Virus record (IMG/VR): IMGVR_UViG_3300032318_000218
Location: 1 to 38,381 of that record
Source: a virus
Taxonomy: Duplodnaviria; Caudoviricetes
Strand: one strand, 5' to 3'
Length of the DNA stretch: 38,381 nt
In this document: positions 30,001-38,354 of the stretch, piece by piece
Position numbering within the stretch: position 1 is the first letter of the stretch
Layout: each line of letters opens with the position of its first letter
The notes under the pieces: model-generated
Databases searched by the model: none
What the model was told of the DNA's origin: nothing
Seen by the model: only the letters and a program-made list of their open reading frames with translations
Made by a program: the position numbers and the translations under genes

Positions 30001-31842
30001 GCTAGTCATATTGTTTGCAAAATTTGTGTTTGGCAAACCCATCATCTTTTGAAACAATGTATTACGAGCAGCGGCTCTATCAAGATCTTTAATGCTTGGA
30101 GCAGCTACGTAATTATTAAAATCAGATGGGATAGAACCCTTGTCTGGGAATAGGTCATCTACTCCACCAAAGACAGCATTAGTTTTACCAGTAAGGTAAC
30201 GAACAATCTGCTGTCCTGGCTGAGTTGTATTCATACCACGAAGTTCAGCTATTGTTGCCCAAAGACCGTAGTAAGCATCTTTCTTTTTACCAACATCTGC
30301 AAGTGATTCGAACGCTGTAGCAAACAACTTTGCCTGTTGTCTAGGCATAATCATAACTGCTGTGCGATAGATTTTTTCCATTGCGTCTTTAGCGGTTACG
30401 TCAAATACTTCTTTTTCAAAAATAGGAGCAATAGTAAATGCTGCTTTGGCACGGTCAATACGGTGTTGAATGTAAGCTGTAGAAAACTTAGCAATACCTT
30501 TGAAGTTTGTCTTTGGAGTTACTCGTTGAACAAATTCTTTTTGCCCATTAATAAATACTTCAGCAATTCCATCTGCTGTAGTTGCCCCATCAAACCAATA
30601 GTCATCTGTAAGTTTAGGACCAACGCGATCTAAGTTAAATACTTTACGACCTGTAGTAACAGCAGCAACGCGAATGTCACGCCCAAAATTCATACGAGGC
30701 ATAATGACTCGCTTCATTCCTGGCTGTCCAACAATCATTTCACCTAATTGTTTAGTGTTTTCAAAAAACGCTTTAGCGGTTGCTGCATTTTGTACAGGAA
30801 TTTCTGCAGATTGAAATGATTTAATAACTGCTGGACCAAATTCAGGCGCAAGGGTTTTAAGTTCTTGACGTGCTGCAATAATTGCTTCTGGGTTTCTAGC
30901 GGCTTCCGCCTTACCCAATACTTGAAGTTTCTCACCATAGGTATTCCAAAAATCAATAGTACCTGGCTTTGAAAAGTATTCAGCCAAGTTTCCTGTTTTT
31001 CCAGTAACTACTCCAAGGGCATAATTATTAATGTCATATAAACGTTTTGCTTTGCCAGCTAAAAGTAAAGGGTCTGCAAGTATTCTATATGCAGCATCTA
31101 CTGTTCCAGATACAGCCTTGTAATAAAAGCCAGATCCTTCTAGTTGTGCTGGTGTAACAAGGTTGGCAACAAATCGTCCAGGAGAGTATTTAGCTGCAGC
31201 AACTGCATCTTGTGTATCTTGAAAATTAGCACGAGCTGCTTCAACATCTTCTTCTGAACCAAATCCTGGAATTTGTTTGTTTCTTGAATCTGCAAGCATT
31301 ATGTACTTTTTTTGTTCTTCAGGTACAGATGCAATAATACTTTCAGGTGCTTCACCTGACTGTAAACGCATAGCAATATCTACTGCGTCAGCACCCCATT
31401 TAGTTTTAGCATCGCTAATGCGACCAGGGCTAAATACGTTATTGCCATCTTCTTTTGCTAAAGTCCAAGCATCCGAAATACCAACGCCTTGATCTGCTGC
31501 AAGTTGAATGCTTCGAGCAACACGAGTGCTGGTATCAGATACTTTTTGTAAACCAGCTAATAAATCTCGTGCTCCTTCAGCAATTTGACCACCTGTGTAA
31601 TGCCAAGCAGTACCAAAGAAACCACGAGGTGGTTTAACAACTGGATCTTCTTCACCAAAGTTTTGTTTCAGAGAAGCCTGTTGTGCTGGAGTTTTTTTAT
31701 TGTACGCTTCTTTAGCTAAATCAGAAGGCAAATTAGAAAGAGTTTTATGGGCTTCTAATGCTTTGTAAAACTCATCAATTCTTTGCTTTTCTGTGGGATC
31801 TAATTGCGCTGCATAGGAGGCTGCTTTTAGATTATTAGACAT
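27004..31842 (-). CDS. Large internal virion/ejection protein
   Basis: 1612 aa, alpha-helical, with hydrophobic segments in the C-terminal third; no tail-tube or tape-measure chaperone genes recognised. Confidence 0.6.
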   Translation of the reverse strand: MSNNLKAASYAAQLDPTEKQRIDEFYKALEAHKTLSNLPSDLAKEAYNKKTPAQQASLKQNFGEEDPVVKPPRGFFGTAWHYTGGQIAEGARDLLAGLQKVSDTSTRVARSIQLAADQGVGISDAWTLAKEDGNNVFSPGRISDAKTKWGADAVDIAMRLQSGEAPESIIASVPEEQKKYIMLADSRNKQIPGFGSEEDVEAARANFQDTQDAVAAAKYSPGRFVANLVTPAQLEGSGFYYKAVSGTVDAAYRILADPLLLAGKAKRLYDINNYALGVVTGKTGNLAEYFSKPGTIDFWNTYGEKLQVLGKAEAARNPEAIIAARQELKTLAPEFGPAVIKSFQSAEIPVQNAATAKAFFENTKQLGEMIVGQPGMKRVIMPRMNFGRDIRVAAVTTGRKVFNLDRVGPKLTDDYWFDGATTADGIAEVFINGQKEFVQRVTPKTNFKGIAKFSTAYIQHRIDRAKAAFTIAPIFEKEVFDVTAKDAMEKIYRTAVMIMPRQQAKLFATAFESLADVGKKKDAYYGLWATIAELRGMNTTQPGQQIVRYLTGKTNAVFGGVDDLFPDKGSIPSDFNNYVAAPSIKDLDRAAARNTLFQKMMGLPNTNFANNMTSAWSFLTLAGPRYALRNAGEDLMVNLAIGESAWGLAKNRILSNRINTFMAAVNKAEGVAKQGILDSANPLGIALRLINKRDVDRYAKELTDLQGKFETTRSTIASLRKDIKGLPANSPKIAAIETQIKDLEKGLAGGLTNQTREIFARALSEGRINNMRRSLGMGPMNKEEIELLTEQIRYGNIDNALGEVSESGANYALGNDYIARATNLAQQTGVKVHALEISAPGLNLVKKPGERGYKFQAIDPGSTESMFTWLLSISRYSNDELGKIAIANLDDRVKALNNMRTWLQTKQGKQFLSDARLQNDMDAEGIINLAFDRAKNNFVMRDGEINLDLLNKVRVLDKSGNYKVEGKLSLDDLPNNYNEVPRGVIGPTLIPAVDANQVTSNIMMNGWTFLGMANARISRQPMVLQEMVKIRREMRNSGFEDAWINSYTKGMDPTNTTGIEIVTERAKIALATAVEERAVSQILQYVDNPLVRTQLAFGLRNFARFYRATEDFYRRMYRVVRYNPEALVKAALTYEGVTHSGWIQQDDQGEDYFVYPGIGPVYNAVQNILESLGIKSEFKVPFPVEFGARVKMLTPSLNPDSMIPTFSGPIAGFSIGTVSSLVNIFDKGAADTIRGYALGKYSVDQPFLSLVLPAHINRAYAAMNQDDRNSQYASAWRKAVTYLEASGHGIPKEYDAEGNLIPPSAQDLENYRLKVKNTVIGILGMRFAFGFFAPASPQVQLKSDMAQWISDNGRANFKQTFNKLRDQYTNIDDAYAKWVELFPNQVPFTLTESERKGLAPLRYAEEAGQFVNENEQLFNDHPLAAGFLIPHKAGFSWDAYKSMRDLGLTQNKRVDDYLKEVQTAADLQAYYNKKDEFESALSTAVVDFQRTQLRKEFTAWKTIFFAGRPLAAEQLSQGGQTAFKRKDTLNDLNLMLSRNLNIAPKTEAKLREMYQTYQAYQDQRASYEQFGGSQQMVKMLKDQTIAKLRELASYNANTQGAYDVLFGGLIGD

Positions 31843-32261
31843 TAGTTACCTCGTGCTAGTGCATTCTGGTACAAGATAGAAATGGAACCATCTGTATCAT
31901 ATGGCAACATCTTTACTAAAATGTCTGAAAGTTTTTCTGTTGACTTTTGCATCATAAGAGCATTTGCTCCAACACCAGGACCCATATCAATACCGTTTGT
32001 AATTGGTTCCTCTGGACGTTGTGTTGGTGCAAACAATGGAGTTACTGGAGATTGTGGTGCTGCATTTGCAGCAGCAGCTTCCATTTGACCCATTGGCATT
32101 CCTCTAGTATCAGGAGTCTTTGCAATAGGAGCACCAGATGCAATTTGTGCTAATTCTGTTTGATCCCCGTATGAAGCAGCAGGGATTCTATCTGTACGCT
32201 TTGCATACTTTCCAGGACCAGATACACCCGCTATTGGGTTCTTGGCATCTTCAAGCGCCAT
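31842..32261 (-). CDS. Hypothetical virion protein
   Basis: 'VSGPGKYAKRTD...YG...PTQRPEEPITNG..GPG'; AGGAGG RBS. Confidence 0.7.
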   Translation of the reverse strand: MALEDAKNPIAGVSGPGKYAKRTDRIPAASYGDQTELAQIASGAPIAKTPDTRGMPMGQMEAAAANAAPQSPVTPLFAPTQRPEEPITNGIDMGPGVGANALMMQKSTEKLSDILVKMLPYDTDGSISILYQNALARGN

Positions 32262-32472
32262 CAGTATCCTCCTGTATCTTCTCTAAATCGTTTGTAAATT
32301 CTTCCCACACTCTATTAACTCGTGATGTACGAGTGGCGTGGTATATCGCTAATTCCATTAGCTCTTCTGTAAATACTGTAATGCTATTCGATAAGTTGTG
32401 CAGAAACCCAGTAAGTACTACTAAGAAATCTGCAAGGTGAACTGAACGCGGAACATCGTTTGGATTATCCAC
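32251..32472 (-). CDS. Hypothetical protein
   Basis: 73 aa, GTG start after GAGGTGG. Confidence 0.6.
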   Translation of the reverse strand: MDNPNDVPRSVHLADFLVVLTGFLHNLSNSITVFTEELMELAIYHATRTSRVNRVWEEFTNDLEKIQEDTDGA

Positions 32473-32498
32473 GTTCAGCCCACCTCACTAGAAATTAA

Positions 32499-32639
32499 TT
32501 AACCCTTTTTAACTTTGTTACCTGGACGTCCTGCTGGAGTTACTCCGAAGTATGTCTTTCCACCTGCTGGCTTAGAAGTATCCTTCTTGCCCTCAACTGG
32601 CTTTGACATTGGCGCTGGGGCCTGTGATCCTTTGTTCAT
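32499..32639 (-). CDS. Small basic protein (46 aa)
   Basis: Not in the ORF track: MNKGSQAPAPMSKPVEGKKDTSKPAGGKTYFGVTPAGRPGNKVKKG; strong AAGGAGGTG RBS. Confidence 0.75.
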   Translation of the reverse strand: MNKGSQAPAPMSKPVEGKKDTSKPAGGKTYFGVTPAGRPGNKVKKG

Positions 32640-32656
32640 ATTGCACCTCCTTTACT

Positions 32657-34417
32657 TTATGCCGCGCCGCCGATTGAGGCGAGCAATGATGCAATGTCTG
32701 GTTTTCCTTGTGTAGCTGGTGAACCAGCAGCAGGGGCCATACCGCCAGGTTGTGATTGTATTGGCTGCGAGGCAGAAGCGGAGGCCGCACCTGCTGCTGG
32801 ATTCATCATTCCAGATGCCATTGCTGGCATCTGAGGTTGTGGTTCTGGGGCAAAAGCCTCTTCCACAATAGTTTCGATTTGCTTACCCTTTTGACGGCCT
32901 TTAATTACTTCGGCAATGCGGGTAATAATCTGCGATGGATCTTGTCCTTGTTGAGCAGCCAACGGAATAGTTTGTGCATATTGTGCAACGGCAACACGTA
33001 GTGCATCCCGCATTTCTTCAATATCAACTTTTTGTTCTTCTTGCGATACGTTAATTTCGACTGGTAGTTCACGACGTACATAATCACGTGATACGAGTTT
33101 GTCTGAACGCATTTGTAACAAAGCAATAGTTGCTCGGTTTGGATCCATACCAGACATAATTCCATAGCGAACATCTACTGTGTAGTCGCCATTAATAACC
33201 TTGGCAGGAGAGTATTTCATTGAATACGGTGTACCGTCATCAATGCCGCGAATTTCTTTAACTTTATTACCAAAAATCTTTTCATCTACCTTAAAGCACA
33301 AGCCAATAACTTCAACAAAAAGTTTAGCAAATTGTGCTTGAGCTGCTTTAATCTGTGTATCAAAACCTGCTTGTAGTGCTTGCACACCGCGACCTGTTAC
33401 GACTGAGGCATCTGTCTGACCTGAACGAGATTCAGGATAACGAGCACCCATACGAAGTTCACGCTCTAGGATGCTTGACTCTTGGAATACACCTGCTGGT
33501 AGTTCTAGTGGAACACGGCGAATACCTTGTGGGTTAGCTGAGCGCATAATCGCATCTGGTCCCAAAGCAAGTTCTTGTACATCTTGTGGAATAGCAATAG
33601 GTGCTTGAATAGACTTCTCAGCTGCTTGAATTTGCAATACTGCAAAGCGAGCACGAGCAAGTTGTACTGCAAGCACGTCATCAAACTGACCACGTGATTC
33701 ACCGTCAATAGATGAACGTTGCGCTACACGTACTAGACACTCACCGATTGGGTTAGGTGTACGAGATAGAACAAGATCTTTACGCTCTGGTAGGTAGATT
33801 GTGTCTTGATCTTTGTCGTGATAACGAATTAAAGATAGATACGGTGAACCTGGTGTAAAGGAGTTCTTATTAAGAATCTGGTCTGCAAACTCTGGGTACA
33901 TAGATGCTAGTGTCTGAGCATCCATACCAACGATTTGAGTCAATGAGATACAACGACCAAAGCGATCTACTTCTGGGTATGCACCGAATGGATTAACAAA
34001 CTTAATAATTGGGTTGTTGTTCTCATAATCAAAGTCAATCATTGCAATTAACTGACCGTAGGTATTAAACCAATCAGCACCTGTGTACATTTGAATCTGA
34101 ACATCAGACTCTTCAATATAGTAGTTAGCAACACGAGCACGCATATCAGCGGCACGTCGTGCAGCATCAGAGACCATATTAGATGCTGAGCAGTTAAACG
34201 ATGGCAGTGGTGCCATTGCTTCTGCTAAGTCACGAGCTGATACGTCAATAAGGTTTGCAATCAGAGGCTTTGGATATTCCTCAGAAAACATAGAGGGATA
34301 GACCTTTGATATGTCGCCTTGGCGAACAGAAAGGACATCGCGCATACGTCCGTCACGCGCTGCGTAACGGGTCTGCATACGATTAACCTTTGCGGTAATC
34401 TCTCTAATGTTTAACAA
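32657..34417 (-). CDS. Portal protein
   Basis: 586 aa downstream of the terminase; 'ANLIDVSARDLAE', 'RGQFDDVL', 'TGRGVQAL', Q/P/A-rich tail. Confidence 0.85.
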   Translation of the reverse strand: MLNIREITAKVNRMQTRYAARDGRMRDVLSVRQGDISKVYPSMFSEEYPKPLIANLIDVSARDLAEAMAPLPSFNCSASNMVSDAARRAADMRARVANYYIEESDVQIQMYTGADWFNTYGQLIAMIDFDYENNNPIIKFVNPFGAYPEVDRFGRCISLTQIVGMDAQTLASMYPEFADQILNKNSFTPGSPYLSLIRYHDKDQDTIYLPERKDLVLSRTPNPIGECLVRVAQRSSIDGESRGQFDDVLAVQLARARFAVLQIQAAEKSIQAPIAIPQDVQELALGPDAIMRSANPQGIRRVPLELPAGVFQESSILERELRMGARYPESRSGQTDASVVTGRGVQALQAGFDTQIKAAQAQFAKLFVEVIGLCFKVDEKIFGNKVKEIRGIDDGTPYSMKYSPAKVINGDYTVDVRYGIMSGMDPNRATIALLQMRSDKLVSRDYVRRELPVEINVSQEEQKVDIEEMRDALRVAVAQYAQTIPLAAQQGQDPSQIITRIAEVIKGRQKGKQIETIVEEAFAPEPQPQMPAMASGMMNPAAGAASASASQPIQSQPGGMAPAAGSPATQGKPDIASLLASIGGAA

Positions 34418-34427
34418 TTATTAGTCC

Positions 34428-34613
34428 TTAGAATCCTTGTTCTGTTTGACCAGCTACTTTAGTAGGCCATTCAACTTTGTCAACGGATGCTGCTGCTTTT
34501 GCTGCTGCATACTGCTTGCGACCTTGCATTGACGGAGTAGGCTCTGTAATAGCGCCTTTGTCTACGTAGACTTCTTCGCCTTCGGCGTTAGTAATCCAAC
34601 TTGTTTGTCCCAT
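34428..34613 (-). CDS. Hypothetical protein
   Basis: 61 aa; TAATG coupling. Confidence 0.65.
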   Translation of the reverse strand: MGQTSWITNAEGEEVYVDKGAITEPTPSMQGRKQYAAAKAAASVDKVEWPTKVAGQTEQGF

Positions 34614-34735
34614 TATTTTTTCCTTTTCTTTTTAGTTGCAGCCTTTTTGATCATAGACTTCTTAGCAACTTTAACAATTACATTTCTTTCTTGGCGACCT
34701 GGTGTAACAGGTGGCATTGGCATTGCTACGCTCAT
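34613..34735 (-). CDS. Small Lys-rich peptide (40 aa)
   Basis: Not in the ORF track: MSVAMPMPPVTPGRQERNVIVKVAKKSMIKKAATKKKRKK; AGGGAG RBS. Confidence 0.7.
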   Translation of the reverse strand: MSVAMPMPPVTPGRQERNVIVKVAKKSMIKKAATKKKRKK

Positions 34736-34743
34736 TTGTCTCC

Positions 34744-36603
34744 CTAGACGAAGTGTCGCTCTTGTGCTGCTATCAGTTCGTCAATGTTGACGACTACTCG
34801 TTTTTGTTTTTCCGCCCTAGATAGGAACGGATTACGCATATGGTTTTGTTGGTACTGACCATAGTTGAGCATCTCACGCGCTCTAATTTCACAGAACCAC
34901 AGCGCCATTACTAAGTCAGTCTTGCCCTTAGTAGTTGGAGACCACGTAATAAGTTGTTCGATTAACGCCTTGATGTTCTCAGTTTGATCTGAAGGCAAGT
35001 GGATGAGGTTATCTCTGTGATGCTTTCCGTCTGCCTGTTTTGTTCCAAACAAGGTAGACATACTTGCCACACCGAAGCCAGCGTCCCATTTATTAGAACC
35101 AGTGTGGTGTTCTTTGAGTTGAACGCCACGTGATGCTAAGTGCTGGCGGATTCCTTCGTCCTGCGTTAAGAAAGCCTGAAAAGCGTTCTTCTCTACAATC
35201 CATTCGGACGGCTTGTAGATTTCAGTCCAATCAAAAATAAGCTGCCTAATTTGCGCTGGAGTAGGACGAGTAATTTTATGAGTATCCACAATATAGCGCT
35301 TATGGTCGTGACGATTAATTGCATAACATACAACGGCAGTATCACCGACCATAGCAGGATCCAAGCCGCAAATGAAAGTGAATCCATTAAGGTCTTTAGG
35401 ATGACCTGGATAACCCGCATTTAATGCACCCGCCTTACGCATTCCGTCAATCGAACCACGAACACATACAGGGTCAAAAATAGCGTCATCTGAAATGTCC
35501 TGTTGCTGGTAAATCAAAGCCCACGTGGAAGCATCCATAGATTGGCGCTCGTTATATAAGTTGCGACCATTCCAACGTGGGTAAAGTCCTTCTGGTGTTT
35601 TATCAGAATCTAGCTGCCCATCAAATGGGGCATCGGATGCAGGCCAGAGTGTTTCCCATTTGTCAGGGTCTTCATCTGTCTGCAGTAATGCTGGCATAGC
35701 CAGATACTTCCAAGGTACTAGACCGCCTGGGTATCTATCTGGGTTACGCAATTCGCGGTACAAGTCAATAGAAGCCACGCGGGTTCCAATAATGATGAGC
35801 TTACCTGTTGGGTTAAGGCGGGAGCGAACGTCCTGCGTTAGCCACTTGATTTGACGTTCAAAGTCATTGGCGTTGCTTAAAGTAACTGCGTCGTCTACAA
35901 TAATCATATCGGCACGCTTGCCGTAAATCTGACCGCCGATACCGACGGCTTCAATGTTTGGATCCTTTTCACCAGACTCACGGAGTTCATCTCCGAAGGT
36001 GATGCGAGTTGCTTGCCAAGATGCTGACTTAGAGTTAAAGCCAACACCTGCGGCGTATGCCTGCTGGAGTTCCTCATATTGTGGATGAGTCAGTCTCTGC
36101 TTGATAGCGTACAAAAAGTCTGCCGCTAGGCGCTGAGTCTGTGAGACTATTAGGATTCTAAAGTTAGGATTACGTGCTACCTGCCACGTAGCGTAGTCAA
36201 CGGTTACCGTCATAGACTTGGCGTGGTTAGGCGGGATGTTAATTAGGATGCGGTTATCCGCAAGTCCTGTTTCCCACTTCATACTGGGATGAAGCCAACT
36301 AGGCTCACGTCCCTCAATTACATCTATTAGATTTTGTTGGTGTGGAAAAGTCTCGGAGTGCAGGAAGCGCTTACGAAATTCAGAGAAGGAAATGTCGTGG
36401 ACGTCACCAGAGGCAAAGGACTTGTCTTTGAGTCCTAACCTAGTACGATCTACCTTATCGGAGAATACCTTGTCGGTTCTGCGGTAGTACTCGTAGGTCT
36501 TCATAGACTTACCAGCTGAGGCACAAGCCTGCTCGATAGTCATACCCTCTGCTACACAGCCAAGGATAATTCTCTTGGCGATGTCGGCGGAATTATCTGC
36601 CAC
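34744..36603 (-). CDS. terL: Terminase large subunit with N-terminal HTH extension
   Basis: 'FPHQ' adenine-binding, Walker A variant PPNHAKS, Walker B IIVDD, IGTR coupling motif, nuclease GLDPA...VEKN...TDLVMA; GTG start after AGGAG. Confidence 0.92.
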   Translation of the reverse strand: MADNSADIAKRIILGCVAEGMTIEQACASAGKSMKTYEYYRRTDKVFSDKVDRTRLGLKDKSFASGDVHDISFSEFRKRFLHSETFPHQQNLIDVIEGREPSWLHPSMKWETGLADNRILINIPPNHAKSMTVTVDYATWQVARNPNFRILIVSQTQRLAADFLYAIKQRLTHPQYEELQQAYAAGVGFNSKSASWQATRITFGDELRESGEKDPNIEAVGIGGQIYGKRADMIIVDDAVTLSNANDFERQIKWLTQDVRSRLNPTGKLIIIGTRVASIDLYRELRNPDRYPGGLVPWKYLAMPALLQTDEDPDKWETLWPASDAPFDGQLDSDKTPEGLYPRWNGRNLYNERQSMDASTWALIYQQQDISDDAIFDPVCVRGSIDGMRKAGALNAGYPGHPKDLNGFTFICGLDPAMVGDTAVVCYAINRHDHKRYIVDTHKITRPTPAQIRQLIFDWTEIYKPSEWIVEKNAFQAFLTQDEGIRQHLASRGVQLKEHHTGSNKWDAGFGVASMSTLFGTKQADGKHHRDNLIHLPSDQTENIKALIEQLITWSPTTKGKTDLVMALWFCEIRAREMLNYGQYQQNHMRNPFLSRAEKQKRVVVNIDELIAAQERHFV

Positions 36604-37457
36604 GTGTCATCTCCTAATAAGGCGCGAAGCGCCAAAAATTTTTTGGGCGGAATGCCCATTTCATATTACTAGGGGAATGATGATTACTAGGCGCCAGCAT
36701 TTTAATAGAGCTATCCCGACTAAAAACCGCGACTGCGGAATGCCGTAGACTCCCGAAGGAGTCTCAACGACTGAGGGGTAAGTTAGTGCTCAGCCCTAGG
36801 GGGCCTCGCAAGAGGCCAACTGCTCAGTAGACGGGGCTTTCCAAACTTACAGCCCCTACTGTATATAAGGCAGGAAATTTAACTCATTTCCCGCTTTCCG
36901 TTATTTTATTTTATTATTGTTATGCACATCACAGGTTTTACTATTCTGACCTGCGGTTTTACTGGATCACTTTAACTTTAGGAAATATATTTATTTGGGG
37001 AGTATAGGGACCACGCGTGTGAAAGTTAAAGACACGGGGTACCGATTTCGCGCTGTAGCAGACCCCCCCGCCCTGCTGTTGCCCTGCTGTTGCGCTGTAT
37101 TGCCTGAGAAAACCTGCGAGGGCTGGCTGTACCTACGGCGCCCCCTGAATTATTAACATCTCCAAAACAACAACCAACCCTGACCAACTGACCCAACCCA
37201 GCGACCCAACCAACAAGACAGACACCCCAAAAAGATCAGATTCAACACCCAAGCCCTGACCCACCAGCCGACCCCAAGCCCTGCCGAACTGACCTATTTT
37301 GAGCTTTGGCTGCCGTCCACCAGGTAAGCCCACAAGCTGAAAATATGCCCCAAAATTGCCCCGATGTCGCTTGTCTTCCTATGTGGTAGAGGCACCCATC
37401 TTCTGTTACCCTAATCCTGTGGGAATCCGACAAGCCCACAAGGAGGCAAGATCTAAA
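36604..37457. other. Large divergent non-coding control region (candidate packaging site/origin/genome end)
   Basis: No credible ORF; multiple hairpins, an AT-rich tract, inverted and direct repeats; transcription diverges here. Confidence 0.6.
37070..37091 (+). repeat. Tandem direct repeat GCCCTGCTGTT x2
   Basis: Exact 11-nt duplication, followed by a degenerate third copy. Confidence 0.85.
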
Positions 37458-37643
37458 ATGACTTATGAATACAAGTTGGAAATTACTTTCAAAACTGACC
37501 GACAATTAACAGAAGAAGAATTAGGACAACTTCAAGCCCAATGCTGTGTGCAAGTAGAAGAACCAGTGAACCACGAAGGCGAAGACGAAACCTACACAAC
37601 CGACGACATCTGCACAGATATTCGTCTGCTTTGGAGTAACTAA
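37458..37643 (+). CDS. Early acidic hypothetical protein
   Basis: Re-started at ATG 37458 after AAGGAGG (MTYEYKLEITF...). Confidence 0.75.
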   Translation: MTYEYKLEITFKTDRQLTEEELGQLQAQCCVQVEEPVNHEGEDETYTTDDICTDIRLLWSN

Positions 37644-37870
37644 TGTCTAACAAGTTTTGGAATCAGTATTACAGTTCCCTCAAAGGTGCCACCATTGTTT
37701 CTTTTGATGGTATGACAGAAACCGAAGAATGGGGCGATGGTTTTCCCACCTTCACAGTTCGCTTTGCAAATGGTGAAGTCGGACAAATAGAAATTTCCCA
37801 AGACCCTGAAGGCAACGGCGGAGGCTTTGTCTTTGGACTTCCAACACCACAACCAACAAAGGAGAACTAA
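37643..37870 (+). CDS. Early hypothetical protein
   Basis: TAATG coupling; 'SQDPEGNGGGF' motif. Confidence 0.75.
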   Translation: MSNKFWNQYYSSLKGATIVSFDGMTETEEWGDGFPTFTVRFANGEVGQIEISQDPEGNGGGFVFGLPTPQPTKEN

Positions 37871-37873
37871 TAA

Positions 37874-38095
37874 ATGGAAACAAACACAGACCGCGTTGCC
37901 TATCTTCTAGAAGCAGAAGAAAAAGCCTACGAACGACGAAACGAAGTAGAAAAAGCAATTGAATTCGTTATAGGTCAAGAAATGAAAAAGGATTCATTCT
38001 TCCTTCTTCGCCAACTCTTCGCCGAGTTTGAAGAAGCCGAAGAACGTTGCACAGTTGCAACCGACAAAGTCACAGAAGAACGCGTTTGGTACTAA
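37874..38095 (+). CDS. Early acidic helical hypothetical protein
   Basis: AAGGAG RBS. Confidence 0.75.
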   Translation: METNTDRVAYLLEAEEKAYERRNEVEKAIEFVIGQEMKKDSFFLLRQLFAEFEEAEERCTVATDKVTEERVWY

Positions 38096-38150
38096 GTAAA
38101 ATTCGATCGTCTATACCCCATATAAACAACTAACAGAAAGAAGGCAGAAA

Positions 38151-38354
38151 ATGACTACAAACCCAAAGGCAAAGACAAACTACAAAGGACGTGTTTGGAC
38201 TTGCGACGAACACAACACACAAATAGAGGGATTCCTCTCCCAAGATATGCCAAAGACAGCGCAGGAGATTCTGCGCTCAGTTCACCCAAAGAAGGGCAAC
38301 ACTTGCACCGAGTGCGCCCGTCTATGGGATGAAACTCCACCTTCTAGCAGATAG
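38151..38354 (+). CDS. Early hypothetical protein, possible zinc-binding
   Basis: CDEH...CTEC; GAAGG RBS. Confidence 0.7.
   Translation: MTTNPKAKTNYKGRVWTCDEHNTQIEGFLSQDMPKTAQEILRSVHPKKGNTCTECARLWDETPPSSR

Noticed and set aside
27004-31842. Tape measure protein or virion RNA polymerase
   Set aside because: No tail tube or chaperone genes nearby and it lies between portal and scaffold; no polymerase catalytic motifs recognised by eye.
36721-36860. tRNA or tmRNA
   Set aside because: No cloverleaf, T-loop GTTCRA or acceptor-stem pattern found by eye.
37133-37505. Minus-strand ORFs in the control region
   Set aside because: They arise from the low-complexity G/T-rich strand and lack a convincing RBS or protein-like features.
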